Source of the DNA: an uncultured Actinomycetes bacterium
Lineage (GTDB): Bacteria > Actinomycetota > Thermoleophilia > RBG-16-64-13
Reading direction: 5' to 3'
Length of the DNA: 64,000 nt
Assembly (NCBI GenBank): GCA_963775295.1
Contig: CAVZIK010000006.1
Span: forward strand, 1,119,602 to 1,183,601
Numbering within the stretch: position 1 is the first letter of the stretch; each line of letters begins with the position of its first letter. The notes under the pieces were generated by a model that was not told the DNA's origin, did not search any database, and worked only from the letters and a program-made list of their open reading frames with translations. A program made the translations under genes and the position numbers. Positions 38,019 to 47,475 of this stretch are shown here, piece after piece.

Positions 38019-40135
38019 GCCGGTTCCACTCTTGGAATCCCGCTCTGGAGTCGTACCAGTTCATCCAACGGGATGTGGCAGTAGATAGCATGGCCGGTCT
38101 CGCGGCCGTCGGCTTCGGAACCCTCGGGCGTCGCGGCGGTCGCTTCGTTGCCGGCGGCACGCCAGGGCGGCTCTTGCTCCACGCAAATCGGGCCGAGAAA
38201 TCGGGGACAGCGCGGATGGAAGCGGCAACCGGAGGGAATTTCACCGGTTGCCGGCGGCCCAGAGCGCAGATGAAGCCGAGTCCGGGCGAACTCGGGGTCG
38301 AGGATCGGCACAGCGGAGAGTAGGGCCTCGGTGTAGGGGTGATAAGGCGGGGCGAGAACCCGTCCGGCTTCGCCCGTCTCCATCAGGTGCCCGAGATACA
38401 TCACCCCGATGTGGTGTGAAAGGTGCTGGACTGCGGCCAGGTCATGGGAGATGAACAGGTAGGAAGTTTGGCGCTCGCTCTGCAGGTCCAGGAGCAGGTT
38501 CATCAGCGAGCCTTGAACCGAGACGTCCAGGGAGGAGATGGGCTCGTCACAAATGACGAGGTCGGGACCGGAGGCAAAGGCTCGGGCGATAGCCACACGT
38601 TGCTTTTCCCCCCCGCTGAGTTCGCCCGGATATCGGTCGAGATAGGTCGAGGGAAGGTGTACCGCGGACAACAGCTCTCGGGCTCGATCGGAGGCTGCGC
38701 CGCGATCGAGCCCCCCGAGCACGAGAAGCGGGCGCATCAAAGCTTCCTTGACCGTGCGTCTTGGGTTGAGCGATGCATCCGGATTCTGAAATACCATCTG
38801 CAGACGCCTCAGGACTTTGCGGTCTCGGGCCCCGGCATCCGGCTTGAGCGCCTCGCCCTCCATGAGGATTGCGCCCCCGCTCGCACTGGTCAGGCCAGAG
38901 ATGATCCGGGCGAGAGTGGTCTTCCCACATCCGCTCTCCCCCACCAGTCCCAGCGTGCGAGCTCGATCCATCCATACACTCACGCCGTCGACCGCTCGCG
39001 TGGGGGCCTGCCTCCCCGGCGACGCAAAGACCTTGACGACGTTTTGGGCTTCAACAAAATGTGCCTCAGATTTGGTGCCGGCGTTCTCCGATTGGGGCCA
39101 TGGGGTCGTCGCCGTTGCAGTGGTCTCCTGTTGTAGCAGGGCAGTCTGTCTGCCCCCAGCGGAAAGCAGAAGTTCCCACCGCCAGCATGCACTGCTGTGA
39201 TCCGTTCGCACCTCCACCAAGGGAGGTCGCGACTCGCGACAGACATCGGTGGCGAGCGGACAACGGGGGGCGAAAACGCAGCCGGGCGGCAGGTCGTCCA
39301 AGGAGGGGAGCGACCCCCCGATGTTCGCAAGTCGCCCAGAGCCCAGAGTGGTCCCGAAACGCGGCGCGCAGTTGATGAGGTTGACGGTGTAGGGGTGAAG
39401 GGGAAGGGTGAAGATAGCGGTCGTGGCCGCTTCTTCGAAGATCTCACCAGCGTACATCACGCCTATCCTGTCGCATATTTGGGAGACCACACCCAAGTTG
39501 TGAGTGATGTAGAGGATGGCGCTGCTGAACTCGCTCTTGAGTTCATCCAGAAGATCGAGGATCGTCGCCTGCGTTGTGACGTCGAGGGCGGTGGTAGGCT
39601 CGTCCAGGATGAGCAGCTCGGGATTGGTCATCAAAGCCATGGCGATTGCGCCCCGTTGGAGCATGCCGCCCGACAGCTGATGCGGATATCGAGACACCAC
39701 TGAGTTGGGATCGGGCATTTCCACCCGCTCGAGCATGGACAGGGTGAGGTCGCGCGCCGCACGCCGGCTGAGGTCGAGGTGACGGCGTCCCATCTCGTCA
39801 AGCTGTCGGCCCACGGTCAAGGAAGGGTTGAACGCGCCTACTGGATTCTGACTCACGAGGCCTATGCGGGATCCCCAGGTCGAGCGGAGTTCGCGGCGCG
39901 AGAGGGAGAGAAGATCTTCGTCACCCAGCCAGGCGGAGCCGCCGGTCACTCTGCCGTTGCCCGGCAAATAGCCTATCGACGCTAGCGCCAGGGTCGTCTT
40001 TCCCGAGCCCGATTCTCCCACCAGTCCCAAGGCCTCTCGCTGAGACAATGACAGGGATACATCTCGGACCGCCTGCAGCGCACGGCTCCCAGTCCAGTAT
40101 GAGGCGGACAGCGCCTCCACTCGAAACACGCTCAT
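38015..40135 (-). CDS. Fused double ATP-binding protein of a peptide ABC importer (DppD-DppF fusion)
   Basis: Two complete nucleotide-binding domains (GESGSGKTT / LSGGMLQR and GESGCGKTT / LSGGEKQR), each followed by the oligopeptide-transporter C-terminal extension. Confidence 0.9.
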   Translation of the reverse strand: MSVFRVEALSASYWTGSRALQAVRDVSLSLSQREALGLVGESGSGKTTLALASIGYLPGNGRVTGGSAWLGDEDLLSLSRRELRSTWGSRIGLVSQNPVGAFNPSLTVGRQLDEMGRRHLDLSRRAARDLTLSMLERVEMPDPNSVVSRYPHQLSGGMLQRGAIAMALMTNPELLILDEPTTALDVTTQATILDLLDELKSEFSSAILYITHNLGVVSQICDRIGVMYAGEIFEEAATTAIFTLPLHPYTVNLINCAPRFGTTLGSGRLANIGGSLPSLDDLPPGCVFAPRCPLATDVCRESRPPLVEVRTDHSSACWRWELLLSAGGRQTALLQQETTATATTPWPQSENAGTKSEAHFVEAQNVVKVFASPGRQAPTRAVDGVSVWMDRARTLGLVGESGCGKTTLARIISGLTSASGGAILMEGEALKPDAGARDRKVLRRLQMVFQNPDASLNPRRTVKEALMRPLLVLGGLDRGAASDRARELLSAVHLPSTYLDRYPGELSGGEKQRVAIARAFASGPDLVICDEPISSLDVSVQGSLMNLLLDLQSERQTSYLFISHDLAAVQHLSHHIGVMYLGHLMETGEAGRVLAPPYHPYTEALLSAVPILDPEFARTRLHLRSGPPATGEIPSGCRFHPRCPRFLGPICVEQEPPWRAAGNEATAATPEGSEADGRETGHAIYCHIPLDELVRLQSGIPRVEPA

Positions 40136-41028
40136 GATCCCCGGCCCTCCTCGACGCCCGGAGGGCCGAACACGTGTCGAAGACCGTCGGCCATGAGACT
40201 GGTCCCGATGACGAGCAGAGAAATGGCCGCGGTTGGGAAGAGCAGCATCCAGGGCGCAAGGTCGAAGAACGTCCGGGCCTCGTTCACCTGCCGCCCCCAG
40301 TCCGGAGAGGGCGGCTGAACCCCCAAACCGAGGAACCCCAGCGAGGCGACCAGGAAGATGGAGTAGGCGAAGCGGATCGAGGCCTCCACGAGAAGCGGTG
40401 GCAGAGAGTTGGGCAGGACTTCACGGAATAGGATGTATCGTCGGGTCTCTCCGCGCAGGCGAGCAGCTTCAACAAACTCCCGTGTGCGCAGGTCGAGGAC
40501 CATACTACGGGCGATGCGAGCGAACATCGGAATGTAGAGCACGGCGATAACCAGGATTAGGTTCAGGTTCGACGGCCCCACGGTCGCCAGCAGTACCATC
40601 GCAAGCAGAAGAGCGGGAAAGGCCAGCAGGACGTCGAGGATTCTCATGATGGCCTCGTCCCACAGGCGGCCGATATAGCCAGCGAGAAGCCCCAGCGAGG
40701 TGCCCATGGCTGCGGCAAGGATTGTCCCGATCCCTCCCAGAAAGAAGACTTCACGGGTGCCCACGAGGACCCGGCTCAGCACGTCCCGTCCGAAGTTGTC
40801 GGTGCCCATCGGATGCGCCAGCGAGGGTGACTGGAGTCGAACGGTTGCGTCCTGTGCCGTGTAGTCGTAAGGCGCGATAAGCGGGCCGAGGACGGCTATG
40901 AGAAGGAACAGAACGAATATCACGGTACCGGCCAGGGCCACCGGTTGGTGCCGTAAGCGGCGCCAGTAGATGCCGGCGCGGCGCGGGCCGGCGTTGGCCG
41001 CGGGACCCGCTGCTGTCTTCTTGGTCAC
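40132..41028 (-). CDS. Peptide/nickel ABC transporter permease (DppC/OppC-like)
   Basis: N-terminal OppC-type helix, 6 TM helices, EAA-like loop. 4-nt overlaps with both neighbours. Confidence 0.9.
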   Translation of the reverse strand: MTKKTAAGPAANAGPRRAGIYWRRLRHQPVALAGTVIFVLFLLIAVLGPLIAPYDYTAQDATVRLQSPSLAHPMGTDNFGRDVLSRVLVGTREVFFLGGIGTILAAAMGTSLGLLAGYIGRLWDEAIMRILDVLLAFPALLLAMVLLATVGPSNLNLILVIAVLYIPMFARIARSMVLDLRTREFVEAARLRGETRRYILFREVLPNSLPPLLVEASIRFAYSIFLVASLGFLGLGVQPPSPDWGRQVNEARTFFDLAPWMLLFPTAAISLLVIGTSLMADGLRHVFGPPGVEEGRGS

Positions 41029-42629
41029 TTGGTCAGGTACGCGTTCCGGAACAAAGTGCGGGACCAGTCGGGCGCGAGGGCGACACCGGCCAGCTTAGCG
41101 CTGGCACCGGCTGCTGCGGTCTCGAAAAACGGAACTATGACCGGTCCGCGCTCGATCAAGATCTGCTGTGCTTGCTTGTAAAGCTCAATCCGTTTGGTCC
41201 GGTCGAGTTCGCTGTCGATCTGCGTCACGAGCGTGTCGAACGCCGGGTCGCTCCAATGAGATTCGTTGTAGGCGGCTCCGGTCACGTAAGCTGCGTTGAA
41301 GTACGTATTGGGTGTTGCGCGGGCGCCCCATTCGGTGATACCGAAGTCCACTTTGAGCCAACTCGTGTCGCCGTCCCCATAGTAGACATCGGCGGGCTCA
41401 GTCTGGATGTTCACAGTCACCCCGATAGCCTTCATCTGTTGTTGCCATACCGTAGCGATGGCGGGCACTTCCAGTGCGTTCTGGGCGTAGAGGGTGATGG
41501 TGAGGCCGTTCGCAAACCCAGCATCGGCGAGCAGCTTCTTGGCCTGTGCGGTGTCAAAGGTTGGCAATTGGTTGAGGTAGTAGTCGCCGTACGCCGGACC
41601 CACCGGCGTGCCGTTGCCCACGACGGCCAGTCCCGGTCTCACCTGGTCGATGAGCCCCTGATGGTCGGTACCCAACTGCAGGGCCTGCCTGACGCGCACG
41701 TCCGCGGCGGGGTGTCCAGCATCCGAGCGCATATGGATGACGTAGTGGAATGCGCTTGAAGGCCCCGTGATCACTTGCAGCTTGGAATCGGTCTTGATGG
41801 TGGCGACGAGCTCACTCGTGAGTCCTGCTACGAACTGGACTTGTCCTCCTTGGAGGGACGACACCTGTCCAGCAAGGTCGGGAGAGAAGATGAAATCGAT
41901 CTCGTCCAGATAAGGAAGCTGCTGGCCCCTGTCGTCCTTTCTCCAGAATGTAGGGTTCCTCTTCAGGACGGCCCGGTCCTCGGCCGCGTAGGTCGCAATG
42001 GTGAAGGGGCCGGTCCCAACCCACTGAGTAGCCGGGTCCGCGACGGTCTTCGAGAGGATGGCGGCATGATAGTCGGCCGTATCGCTCGGGAACTCGGGGT
42101 TGGCGTCCTTGAGGGCGAACCGGACGTGGGTGGCGTCTACCGCCGTCACGTCCATTACATTGGCAAGAAGGCTGACCAGAGGGGAACCGACCTTGGCATC
42201 GCGGAGGCGATTGAAGGTGTAGACGACATCATCGGCCGTGAAGGGCGTTCCGTTGGAGAACTTCACGTCGGAGCGCAGGGTGAAATTCCAAGTCTTGCCG
42301 TCAGACGAGTCCCAGGCAGTGGCCAGTTCAGGGAGAAGCTGACTATTGTCTCCCACCTCGACCAACCAGTCGTAGACCTGCTGGTTGATGAGGATGTCGC
42401 TCCTCGCGCTGGCAAACGCAGGGTCGCGGTTGGTGGCAGGCTCAGTAGCCACACTCAGGGTGCCTCCAGTTTGCACGCTCCCAGAGCCGTTTGTCGTAAC
42501 GGTCGTCGCGGAGCCACCGGACCCGCAGCCGGCCAAGAGGACGACAACGGTGACGAGGGCGAGACAGCTTCCAACAACAGTAGCCGCGAGAGAGAGCGGC
42601 ATGGCCCCTGATCGCGTGTTGAACCGCAT
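41025..42629 (-). CDS. ABC transporter substrate-binding lipoprotein, family 5 (peptide/nickel)
   Basis: Signal peptide and lipobox LLAGCGSG, then an SBP_bac_5 fold of 534 aa. Confidence 0.85.
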   Translation of the reverse strand: MRFNTRSGAMPLSLAATVVGSCLALVTVVVLLAGCGSGGSATTVTTNGSGSVQTGGTLSVATEPATNRDPAFASARSDILINQQVYDWLVEVGDNSQLLPELATAWDSSDGKTWNFTLRSDVKFSNGTPFTADDVVYTFNRLRDAKVGSPLVSLLANVMDVTAVDATHVRFALKDANPEFPSDTADYHAAILSKTVADPATQWVGTGPFTIATYAAEDRAVLKRNPTFWRKDDRGQQLPYLDEIDFIFSPDLAGQVSSLQGGQVQFVAGLTSELVATIKTDSKLQVITGPSSAFHYVIHMRSDAGHPAADVRVRQALQLGTDHQGLIDQVRPGLAVVGNGTPVGPAYGDYYLNQLPTFDTAQAKKLLADAGFANGLTITLYAQNALEVPAIATVWQQQMKAIGVTVNIQTEPADVYYGDGDTSWLKVDFGITEWGARATPNTYFNAAYVTGAAYNESHWSDPAFDTLVTQIDSELDRTKRIELYKQAQQILIERGPVIVPFFETAAAGASAKLAGVALAPDWSRTLFRNAYLTK

Positions 42630-42720
42630 AGGTGACCCCCTTGGTCTGGGCGATATGTCTCTGCCTACCCGCGAGCCCGATGGCGCAAACCCGTGGGTGC
42701 CTGGCCCGTGTCCATCAAAC

Positions 42721-45282
42721 TTAGGCGTTCTCCGCTTGGGAGGCGACTTCGCGCCAGAGGGGAAGGCGCTTGCCGATCCGCCAACCCAGTCCCACGAAGA
42801 ACCAAGCGAACGTGGCCATCCCCGCGGTGACCCCGATTCCGTCCCAACCCGGCATATCGAGGGCGAAGAAATGCCGGAAGAAGGGGATGGAGAAGGCTCC
42901 GGCCAGCAAGGCGGCCATTGCGACGATCAGCCAGAATCTCCATCCACGAACGGGTCTTTCGATGGCCGCAATGACGCGCAGTCCTATGACTGAGAACATG
43001 ATCGTTTCCATTGTTCGCGTCTCAGCAAGTGTCGCGCCGGTCTTCCTGACGAGAACGTAGGCCGCCAGGACCATGATTGCGGCCAAGATGCCTGTTGGGG
43101 CGACAAAGCGCGCCACCCGCCTGACGAAGCCGGGCACATAACGTCGCTTGTTCGGAGCCAGAGCGAGGAAGAAGCCCGGAACGCCGATGACCAGACTGTC
43201 TATCAGGGTCAGGTGACGGGGGAGGATGGGGTACGGTATCGATACGGCGGCCACGGCTAGAGCGATCAACGCAGCCCAAACAGTCTTGTTGGTGAAGAGA
43301 TGCGCCACGCGCTCGATGTTGGCGGTGACGCGCCTTCCTTCGGCGACCACCCCGGGCAGTGTCGCAAAACAAGAATCCGCGAGAACCAACTGGGCGACAG
43401 CCTGCGCAGCGGCCGTTCCCGAGCCCATGGCGATGCCGAGATCCGCTTTCTTGAGTGCGAGAACGTCGTTCACACCATCGCCGGTCATGGCTACGGTGTG
43501 CCCCCGGCTCTGAAGCGCTTCCACCATGGAGGCCTTCTGGTCGGGGTTCACCCGGCCGAAGACGGTGGTCGTTTCCATCAGCTCAGCCAACTCGTCGCCG
43601 TTGGGCAGAAAGCGAGCGTCGGTCGCGTGCTCCGCGCCCGGAACTCCAGCCTTAGCGGCAACGGTTGCGACCGTTGCCGGGTTGTCGCCGGAAATGACCT
43701 TGATAGCGACCCCCTGGTCCTGAAAGTACCGAAGTGTCGTGGCAGCGTCCGCCCGAATGCGCTCGCTCAAGATCAACAAACCGACAGGGAACAGCCCCTG
43801 GGGAAGGGTGTCCCCCGCCAGCGTCTCGACGGTGTGGGAGAGGAGCAGAACGCGCATGCCGTCGCTCGCCAGTTCGGCCGCGTGGGCGCGCACCGAAGCG
43901 GCAGCGGGCGCGCCAACCGCGGCTGGAGCTTCATCCGCGGCGACGATCTCCGGGGCTCCAAGTACCCAGGAACCGCGGCCGTCGAAGCGGGAGGCGCTCC
44001 ATTTTCGGGCCGACGAGAAAGGCACCGAATCCTCAACCAACCAACCCTGGGGCGCCGACAGAGATTCCGCGACGGCCTCCAGCGTTGAATTTCTGCCGCC
44101 GACCGTTGCCGCCATGGCCCCCAGGGCCTCAAGTGCGCGTTCAGGCGCAGCCATGGCGGGACGGTCCGCCGCCTCGAAAGGTTCGAAACGCTCGAAAGCG
44201 GGGCGCGGTTCAGTTATCGTCCCCGTCTTGTCTATACAGAGGACATCCACCCGTGCGAGACCCTCTACCGCGGGCAACTCGCGAGTGAGCACGTTTCTTC
44301 GGGCCAGCGTGACTGCGGAGACGGCGAAGGCAATGCTGCAAAGGAGTACGAGACCCTGCGGCACCATGGCCACCACTGCGGCGACAGTGTTGGTGACGCC
44401 TTCTTGCATGGTCGCTCCCATGCGGAACTGCGCCCAGACGAAAAGAGCACCCACAGGGATGATCACGGTACCGACCAGGCGCAGGATGTTGTTGATGCCG
44501 ACCATGAGTTCCGAGCGAAGAGGTACGTACTGCTTCCCTGCTCCGGTGAGACGTTGGGCGTAGGAATTCGCGCCAACGGCGGTGGCGCGAAAGAGCCCGC
44601 TGCCCGCGACGACGAAGCTGCCGGACAGCAATGGGTCGCCGGGTTCTTTTGCCACCGGCACCGATTCGCCCGTCAGGAGTGACTCGTCCACTTCGAGACT
44701 GGTGGACTCGAGCACCTCGCCGTCAGCAACTATCTGATCTCCGCCCGTGACGGCGAGCACGTCATCAAGAACGACATCGGCCACCGGAACCTCGCTATTG
44801 CGGCCCTCACGGATCACCTTGGCCGCTGGCGACGTGAGCACCGTCAAGCGGTCGAGCGCGATCTTGGCCCGCATCTCCTGGACGATGCCGATGATGGCGT
44901 TTGCCACGATGATGGCCGCAAACAATGAGTCACGCCATGAGCCGAAGGTGATCATGGCCACAAAGAGGATACCCAGGATGAGGTTGAACCAGGTGAAAAT
45001 GTTGGTTCGGACTATATCCCAGCCGGAGCGGCCGCCTGGGCGAGGCGTCGCGTTCGTCTGGCCCGCAGCCACGCGAGCCTTGACTTCATCGGTGCTGAGA
45101 CCATTGGCGAGCGTGTTCAGAGTCGTCTCCGGTTGGGATTGCGGGCTTCGGCGTGCCGCGTAGAGGGTATCAGAAGGTTCGGGCTTTCTTGCAATCCGGC
45201 GGCGAATGGTTTCCCATGGAGGTGGAAACCCTCTGTCCAGGAAGGTGGTGCGACACTGAGTGCGAGCGCCGTCACAGAGCAC
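42721..45282 (-). CDS. Cation-transporting P-type ATPase (type II, Ca2+/Mg2+-like). The start is uncertain (GTG 45282, or near 45165-45072); the track's 45570 start is an antisense run-on.
   Basis: TGES, DKTGTIT, KGAPE-like, MTGDGVNDVLALKKADLGIAMG motifs and 10 TM helices. The N-terminal GLSTDEVKARVAAGQTN is the typical start of the family. Confidence 0.85.
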   Translation of the reverse strand: MLCDGARTQCRTTFLDRGFPPPWETIRRRIARKPEPSDTLYAARRSPQSQPETTLNTLANGLSTDEVKARVAAGQTNATPRPGGRSGWDIVRTNIFTWFNLILGILFVAMITFGSWRDSLFAAIIVANAIIGIVQEMRAKIALDRLTVLTSPAAKVIREGRNSEVPVADVVLDDVLAVTGGDQIVADGEVLESTSLEVDESLLTGESVPVAKEPGDPLLSGSFVVAGSGLFRATAVGANSYAQRLTGAGKQYVPLRSELMVGINNILRLVGTVIIPVGALFVWAQFRMGATMQEGVTNTVAAVVAMVPQGLVLLCSIAFAVSAVTLARRNVLTRELPAVEGLARVDVLCIDKTGTITEPRPAFERFEPFEAADRPAMAAPERALEALGAMAATVGGRNSTLEAVAESLSAPQGWLVEDSVPFSSARKWSASRFDGRGSWVLGAPEIVAADEAPAAVGAPAAASVRAHAAELASDGMRVLLLSHTVETLAGDTLPQGLFPVGLLILSERIRADAATTLRYFQDQGVAIKVISGDNPATVATVAAKAGVPGAEHATDARFLPNGDELAELMETTTVFGRVNPDQKASMVEALQSRGHTVAMTGDGVNDVLALKKADLGIAMGSGTAAAQAVAQLVLADSCFATLPGVVAEGRRVTANIERVAHLFTNKTVWAALIALAVAAVSIPYPILPRHLTLIDSLVIGVPGFFLALAPNKRRYVPGFVRRVARFVAPTGILAAIMVLAAYVLVRKTGATLAETRTMETIMFSVIGLRVIAAIERPVRGWRFWLIVAMAALLAGAFSIPFFRHFFALDMPGWDGIGVTAGMATFAWFFVGLGWRIGKRLPLWREVASQAENA

Positions 45283-45303
45283 GTCTATCGGGTTTCGCTG
45301 GGG

Positions 45304-45951
45304 ATGGTTAATGTCTTCCTCATCGTCCTGCCGGATGGGTTGACCCTGATCGACGCGGGCTACCGCAAGAGCTGGGACCGGATCGAGGAGGCCATTCTCG
45401 GGCTGGGTAAGCGACCAGAGGACGTGGACGACATTCTCGTTACTCATCTCCACGCCGATCACACGGGCGGGTTGGCTCGGGCGCAGGAGGCAACCGGCGC
45501 GAGAGTGTGGATGCACGGGGCGGATGCCGGGCCGGTGCGGGCGGGGGAGGCGTCGCGGCCATGGAAGCACGCTCCCGGTAGCGGCATGGGTATGCTCGTC
45601 CAGCTCTTAGCGGGCGACCGGCATTCTTCCATCGCTCCGGTACGGGTGGTTTGCGAGGCGGCGCACGGCCAGGAGATTGCGGCAGCGGGGGGCATCACCT
45701 CTGTGTGGGCTCCCGGGCACAGCGAGGGCCATCTTGTCTATCTGTGGCCCCAGGATGGAGGGGTGTTGTTCGTCGGCGACGCCGCGGTCAGGATGACCCG
45801 CCTGCGACCCGGCCCCATCTACGAAGACTACCGGCGCGGACTGCACAGCTTGCGGCTGATCTCGCAACTCGATTTCCAGAGCGCGTGTTTCTCTCACGGC
45901 CGGCCGCTGGTGGGCGGTGCCCAAGAGGCCTTTCGAAAGGAGTGGCCATGA
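45304..45951 (+). CDS. MBL-fold metallo-hydrolase. The start could also be ATG 45133; there is no canonical start between them.
   Basis: VTHLHADHTGG (the HxHxDH motif), downstream His/Asp ligands (WAPGHSEGH, FVGDAA). Confidence 0.8.
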   Translation: MVNVFLIVLPDGLTLIDAGYRKSWDRIEEAILGLGKRPEDVDDILVTHLHADHTGGLARAQEATGARVWMHGADAGPVRAGEASRPWKHAPGSGMGMLVQLLAGDRHSSIAPVRVVCEAAHGQEIAAAGGITSVWAPGHSEGHLVYLWPQDGGVLFVGDAAVRMTRLRPGPIYEDYRRGLHSLRLISQLDFQSACFSHGRPLVGGAQEAFRKEWP

Positions 45952-46784
45952 TTCATGTCGATCAGGACCTTGCGCGGCGGCTGGAAGGGCTGATCTGCTC
46001 GGAGTTCGGGGGGATTTGCGAGGTGGCGGACCGACTCTTCCCAGAGAACGCGGCCCAGTGCCTGGAGATCGCCGACGGTCTCGCTTTGTGGCTGGGAGAA
46101 GGATCGCCTGTCAACGTGGCCGCAGGCTTGGGGATGCACGGGCCCGTGCGAATCGAGGATCTCGAACGGCTGGAAAACTTCTACCACGAGCGGGGAGCCG
46201 ACGCGGTCCTCAGTCTTTGCCCGTTCGCCGACCATTCACTGCTCACAGGTCTGGCCAGAAGAGGATGGCATGTCTCGGATTTCGAGAACCTCTTCGTGCT
46301 GGAACTCGGCGCACCACACGCGAGGGCGGTCCGGACCGAAGAGCCCTCGGATGAGTCGGACGCCGATCTGGACATCCGTGTCTGTCTGCCTGAAGACCGG
46401 GCCGTCTGGGCGCAGATTGCGGCTCTCGGCTTTGCAGACGGAGAAGTGACGGAGCGTGGGCAAGAGGAATTCGGCCTGATAATGGCCGAACGCGAGGAGG
46501 CCATCTTGGTGCTCGGTTGGGTCGACGGGGAACCTGTCGGCACCGGGAGTCTCGTGATCGATGAGGGGGTCGGCTGGCTGTCGGGCGATTCCACTCTCCC
46601 ACGATTCCGCGGGCGAGGCATCCAACAAGAGATCCAGCGCTATCGCCTGCGCTTGGCCGCCGAGGCGGCATGCGAACTCGCGGTCACAGAATCGGTGCCG
46701 GGCGGCGTGTCGCAGCGCAACATGGAGCGCCACGGGTTCCGCTTGGCCTATACCCACGTGGAGTTCGTCAAGCCAAGGATGTAA
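45948..46784 (+). CDS. Two-domain GNAT-family N-acetyltransferase
   Basis: ATGA overlap with the MBL stop. C-terminal GNAT core with RFRGRGIQQ (the Q/R-x-x-G-x-G/A motif); the N-terminal half is GNAT-like without that motif (MshD/Eis-like tandem arrangement). Confidence 0.7.
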   Translation: MIHVDQDLARRLEGLICSEFGGICEVADRLFPENAAQCLEIADGLALWLGEGSPVNVAAGLGMHGPVRIEDLERLENFYHERGADAVLSLCPFADHSLLTGLARRGWHVSDFENLFVLELGAPHARAVRTEEPSDESDADLDIRVCLPEDRAVWAQIAALGFADGEVTERGQEEFGLIMAEREEAILVLGWVDGEPVGTGSLVIDEGVGWLSGDSTLPRFRGRGIQQEIQRYRLRLAAEAACELAVTESVPGGVSQRNMERHGFRLAYTHVEFVKPRM

Positions 46785-46951
46785 TGCCCGGGTGCGACCG
46801 TCCGGGCCGTCTGCTGCATCGCTGTTCTCGAATTGAGTGTCAACGAAGGGGAGGGTGGTCCCATTCTAAAGGACGTAGACAATTGCGAGCTGCGGTCAGG
46901 TGCCATCTGGTACAGCAACAGCGACTTCATGCCGTCCGGGGCGGACTCCTG

Positions 46952-47149
46952 ATGTACGGCCAGCGGTGGGCAAGGCTCAAGGCACGCAGGGCGTGTCCGC
47001 ACGAGTGGGAGGTAGTCAAGGGATACCGGATCGCGGACTTCGAAGGCGATTCTGCAATGGGTCCCTTTCTCGCGCGGCAAGGAAGTCTTTACACATACCG
47101 CTGCAAGTTATGCGGCAAGAGGAAGCGCGAGCGCGAGAGGTCTACTTGA
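46952..47149 (+). CDS. Candidate small basic zinc-ribbon protein (65 aa); speculative
   Basis: MYGQRWARLKARRACPHEW...YRCKLCGKRKRERERST has a CPH...CxxC arrangement and a basic tail, with high GC3. It sits in the 0.7-kb gap between the GNAT and serpin genes. No homology evidence. Confidence 0.25.
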   Translation: MYGQRWARLKARRACPHEWEVVKGYRIADFEGDSAMGPFLARQGSLYTYRCKLCGKRKRERERST

Positions 47150-47330
47150 CCCGTTGTCTGGAACCATGCGTAGGATCGTGTTGTCCAAGTTTGAGCGTGA
47201 GGTCGTGTCGGCCGCGGAAGAATGTCGCGGCCCTTTGAACCGCAACGAGGATCCGAATGCTATGACGACTTGGGGGGCGGACATGGCAGGCAAGTCGGCA
47301 TCCGAAGTGCGCAGGGTTCATCGAGGGGGC

Positions 47331-47373
47331 GGAGGAAGCGTGATCCAAGGACCTTCTTGGGCCCGCTTCCTCC
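47331..47373 (+). terminator. Nested hairpin: 10-bp stem GGAGGAAGCG/CGCTTCCTCC enclosing 5-bp CCAAG/CTTGG, followed by TCTTCTTGCTG; candidate terminator or structured RNA element upstream of the serpin gene
   Basis: Exact inverted repeats read in sequence; about 100 nt upstream of the serpin ATG and 180 nt downstream of the small ORF. Confidence 0.4.
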
Positions 47374-47475
47374 TCTTCTTGCTGCGCGAAAGCACTGCGC
47401 GAATGGTTCAAGAAGCTGTCGGATCTCATCTACCCAGTGCCGGAATACAAGGCCTTGCCGGACTTTAGGAGGGGA

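Noticed and set aside
47154-47468. 104-aa + ORF upstream of the serpin gene
   Set aside because: Overlaps the strong nested hairpin at 47331-47373, has mixed codon bias and no recognisable features; more likely non-coding leader.
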